Of a stretch of 20,000 nucleotides of DNA, positions 18,130 to 20,000 are shown piece by piece. Position numbers and translations under genes: made by a program. How positions within the stretch are numbered: the first letter of the stretch is position 1; the number at the start of each line of letters is the position of its first letter. The DNA comes from an uncultured virus (IMG/VR IMGVR_UViG_3300021959_008943) (taxonomy: Duplodnaviria; Heunggongvirae; Uroviricota; Caudoviricetes): the IMG/VR virus record IMGVR_UViG_3300021959_008943. One strand, given 5' to 3'. The notes under the pieces were generated by a model. That model was not told where the DNA came from. It saw only the letters and a program-made list of their open reading frames with translations, and searched no databases.

Positions 18130-20000
18130 TTAAATCAGTATCCTAAAGCCAGAATTCCATGTTCCTGCTTTTCCTGGTTTATTTTGTCTCCAAGGGCTTT
18201 CATCATAATGAATAAATTTTGTATATCCACCAATGCCTGGTCTTACGTTTTTGACGTTTGCGTTTACAACTAAGGCTTTAATTAAGTCATCATATATTTC
18301 TTTATTAGAATTTGTATATAGTCTTTCACCATTATATGACAAATAGAAATCAGCAGCCCAACCAAGCGGATGGTTTTGTGTTCCTGCAACTCTTCCAGAT
18401 CTACCACCGTTGAGTGTTACAGTCGCAACATACCCTTGACCTAATGTAGCTACTGCTGCATCTAAAGCATCAATAATAACTTGTCTGGGTAATGCGTTTG
18501 GATCAGGGTTTAAAAATTTAACTCTACCATTAGGATTAACATAAGGAATTTTATAATCAGATGTCAAAAGGTCTAGTGTTTCAGTTCTTTTAGATAAAAT
18601 TTCAATAAACTCGCCTTTAGAAAACGTTGTATTATTATAGTGTGTTTCAATATCTCTATTGAACGTGCCTCTATAATTTTCATCAATCTCTGGTAGTACA
18701 ACTATGATTCTGCCTTTAAGTGGCCCTTCAATCGTGTCATATGATAAAATTAGTTTTTCATAATAAATTACATCTTTCCACCATACAGCTAATTCAAATA
18801 ATGAGTTTAAATTGCTTTTACCTGTATTACCAATTACATCAAATACAACTGCCCTGCCTTTTAGTTTTAAATCATTAATACTTTCATTCGTAATTGTTTC
18901 TGATGGTCCTGGGCGATAAACACTTTCAGATATTTTTAAGCTAACATTTTTAAATTTATTTTGATTTGAAAGTATGTTTTTCATATTTAAAGCGTGAATT
19001 CCAAGATACTTTGCTAATTCTTGCTTGACACTAAGGTCTCTTAAAAAATTTAAGTTAGTAGAATCTTCTGATCCAAGAAACTTGGCCATTGAAATTCCAG
19101 GAGCTAATAATGTTTTAGTAGTAATATCAGATTGTCTATATGGATTATATTTTTCATCAGGATAAATTTTAACTTCAGATTGTCCTGGAATAAAAACAAT
19201 TGCCGGATTTACCGGTGAGCTTCCATCACCTAATGAAACCTGTGGTGTTGGATCTGATTTTACAATTCTTCCCATTGCAATAGGCGATGGAATATTCCAT
19301 TTATCAGTAATTACACCTTCTTTTAGCAATTGGCCTACTAACTGGTTATTTGATCTATTTGCTGGATCTCTTAACTTTGATCTTGCTTCCCCTGCTGTCA
19401 TTTTTGTTTTAGATCTACCAGAATAATCAGTTGCTCTATTTACAAATCGTTTTATAAAGTCGCCAACATCAATGTTTACCTTTTTGATTGCATAAACAGA
19501 TTTTGACAAGTAATTGCTAATATTAGATGCAGAAGCTTCTGCAATTGTTGGCATAGTTGTATTTGTAATAGATCCTTGTGTTCCAGTATTAGGCGAATAT
19601 CCAGGGCCAGTTCCATCATTATAAGATTGATGTAATGATGTTGCAGCAATCTTTGCCGTTCCATTTAGATCTCCATGAAACGTTGGTGCTTCAACTGCAT
19701 CAGTAAATTTAGCACCTTTACCATTGTACACCATACTTTGCCCACCAATGATACCGCTACCACCCATCATTACTAAATTGTTAGACCAAATTCTAGATTT
19801 ATCAGCCGAGATATTTAATTCAGCTTGAGAACTTATATGCATATTGTTTTTAGCAAAATAATTTGCAGCTCCGTCAATATTCATTGAATGAGTGCCTTTT
19901 ATATTATGAGAATGACCACCAAGAAAAGTGTCTGTGACTTGTTCGGTTACAGTTGTTGACATTGATTCGCCAACCATAGTACCCTTTGTTCCACCAATGT
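18130..20000 (-). CDS. gp5: gp5-like baseplate hub/spike protein, 5'-truncated by the window edge, with C-terminal peptidase M15-like domain(s)
   Basis: The frame is open past position 20000 (IGGTKGTMVGESMS...). It has 8-residue xxGxxxxx beta-helix-like repeats (VGESMSTT, LGGHSHNI, KGTHSMNI, DGAANYFA), a C-terminal HPLGWAAD...FIHYD Zn-peptidase motif, and sits upstream of gp25. Confidence 0.7.
   Translation of the reverse strand, partial: IGGTKGTMVGESMSTTVTEQVTDTFLGGHSHNIKGTHSMNIDGAANYFAKNNMHISSQAELNISADKSRIWSNNLVMMGGSGIIGGQSMVYNGKGAKFTDAVEAPTFHGDLNGTAKIAATSLHQSYNDGTGPGYSPNTGTQGSITNTTMPTIAEASASNISNYLSKSVYAIKKVNIDVGDFIKRFVNRATDYSGRSKTKMTAGEARSKLRDPANRSNNQLVGQLLKEGVITDKWNIPSPIAMGRIVKSDPTPQVSLGDGSSPVNPAIVFIPGQSEVKIYPDEKYNPYRQSDITTKTLLAPGISMAKFLGSEDSTNLNFLRDLSVKQELAKYLGIHALNMKNILSNQNKFKNVSLKISESVYRPGPSETITNESINDLKLKGRAVVFDVIGNTGKSNLNSLFELAVWWKDVIYYEKLILSYDTIEGPLKGRIIVVLPEIDENYRGTFNRDIETHYNNTTFSKGEFIEILSKRTETLDLLTSDYKIPYVNPNGRVKFLNPDPNALPRQVIIDALDAAVATLGQGYVATVTLNGGRSGRVAGTQNHPLGWAADFYLSYNGERLYTNSNKEIYDDLIKALVVNANVKNVRPGIGGYTKFIHYDESPWRQNKPGKAGTWNSGFRILI

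Noticed and set aside
6373..19664. Short alternative-frame ORFs on either strand (e.g. 6373-6564, 6598-6882, 8347-8613, 14544-14915, 16541-16735, 17141-17332, 19476-19664)
   Set aside because: They lie almost entirely within well-supported structural genes and have the composition typical of off-frame translation.
19975..19977. ATG at 19977 as the true start of the gp5-like gene
   Set aside because: The frame stays open to the window edge and lies within beta-helix repeats, so the gene most likely starts upstream of the window.

Overview
This AT-rich window comes from a large T4-like myovirus, most similar in layout to marine T4-like phages. It carries one tightly packed minus-strand late structural module. 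In transcription order: the 3' part of a gp5-like hub/spike gene, gp25, gp6, a short gp7-like gene, a gp9/gp10-like gene, gp8, three ORFs that together resemble a split DUF4815/VrlC-like structural protein, a small coiled-coil ORF, a 1289-aa repeat-rich fibre, and a 709-aa probable receptor-binding protein. The module ends at a cUUCGg terminator, and T4 late promoter boxes (TATAAATA) precede gp25 and gp9 and lie upstream of the fibre gene. The most unusual signal is a D-S-[D/A/S/G] tripeptide, frequent in peripheral virion proteins (about 66 DS in about 4700 aa by manual count) and nearly absent from core gp5/gp25/gp6 (3 in about 1440 aa). It may be a sequon for virion surface modification such as O-glycosylation. 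Also notable: tandem degenerate and intact M15-type peptidase domains at the gp5 C-terminus. Gene identities come from motif recognition and synteny only; no database search was run.
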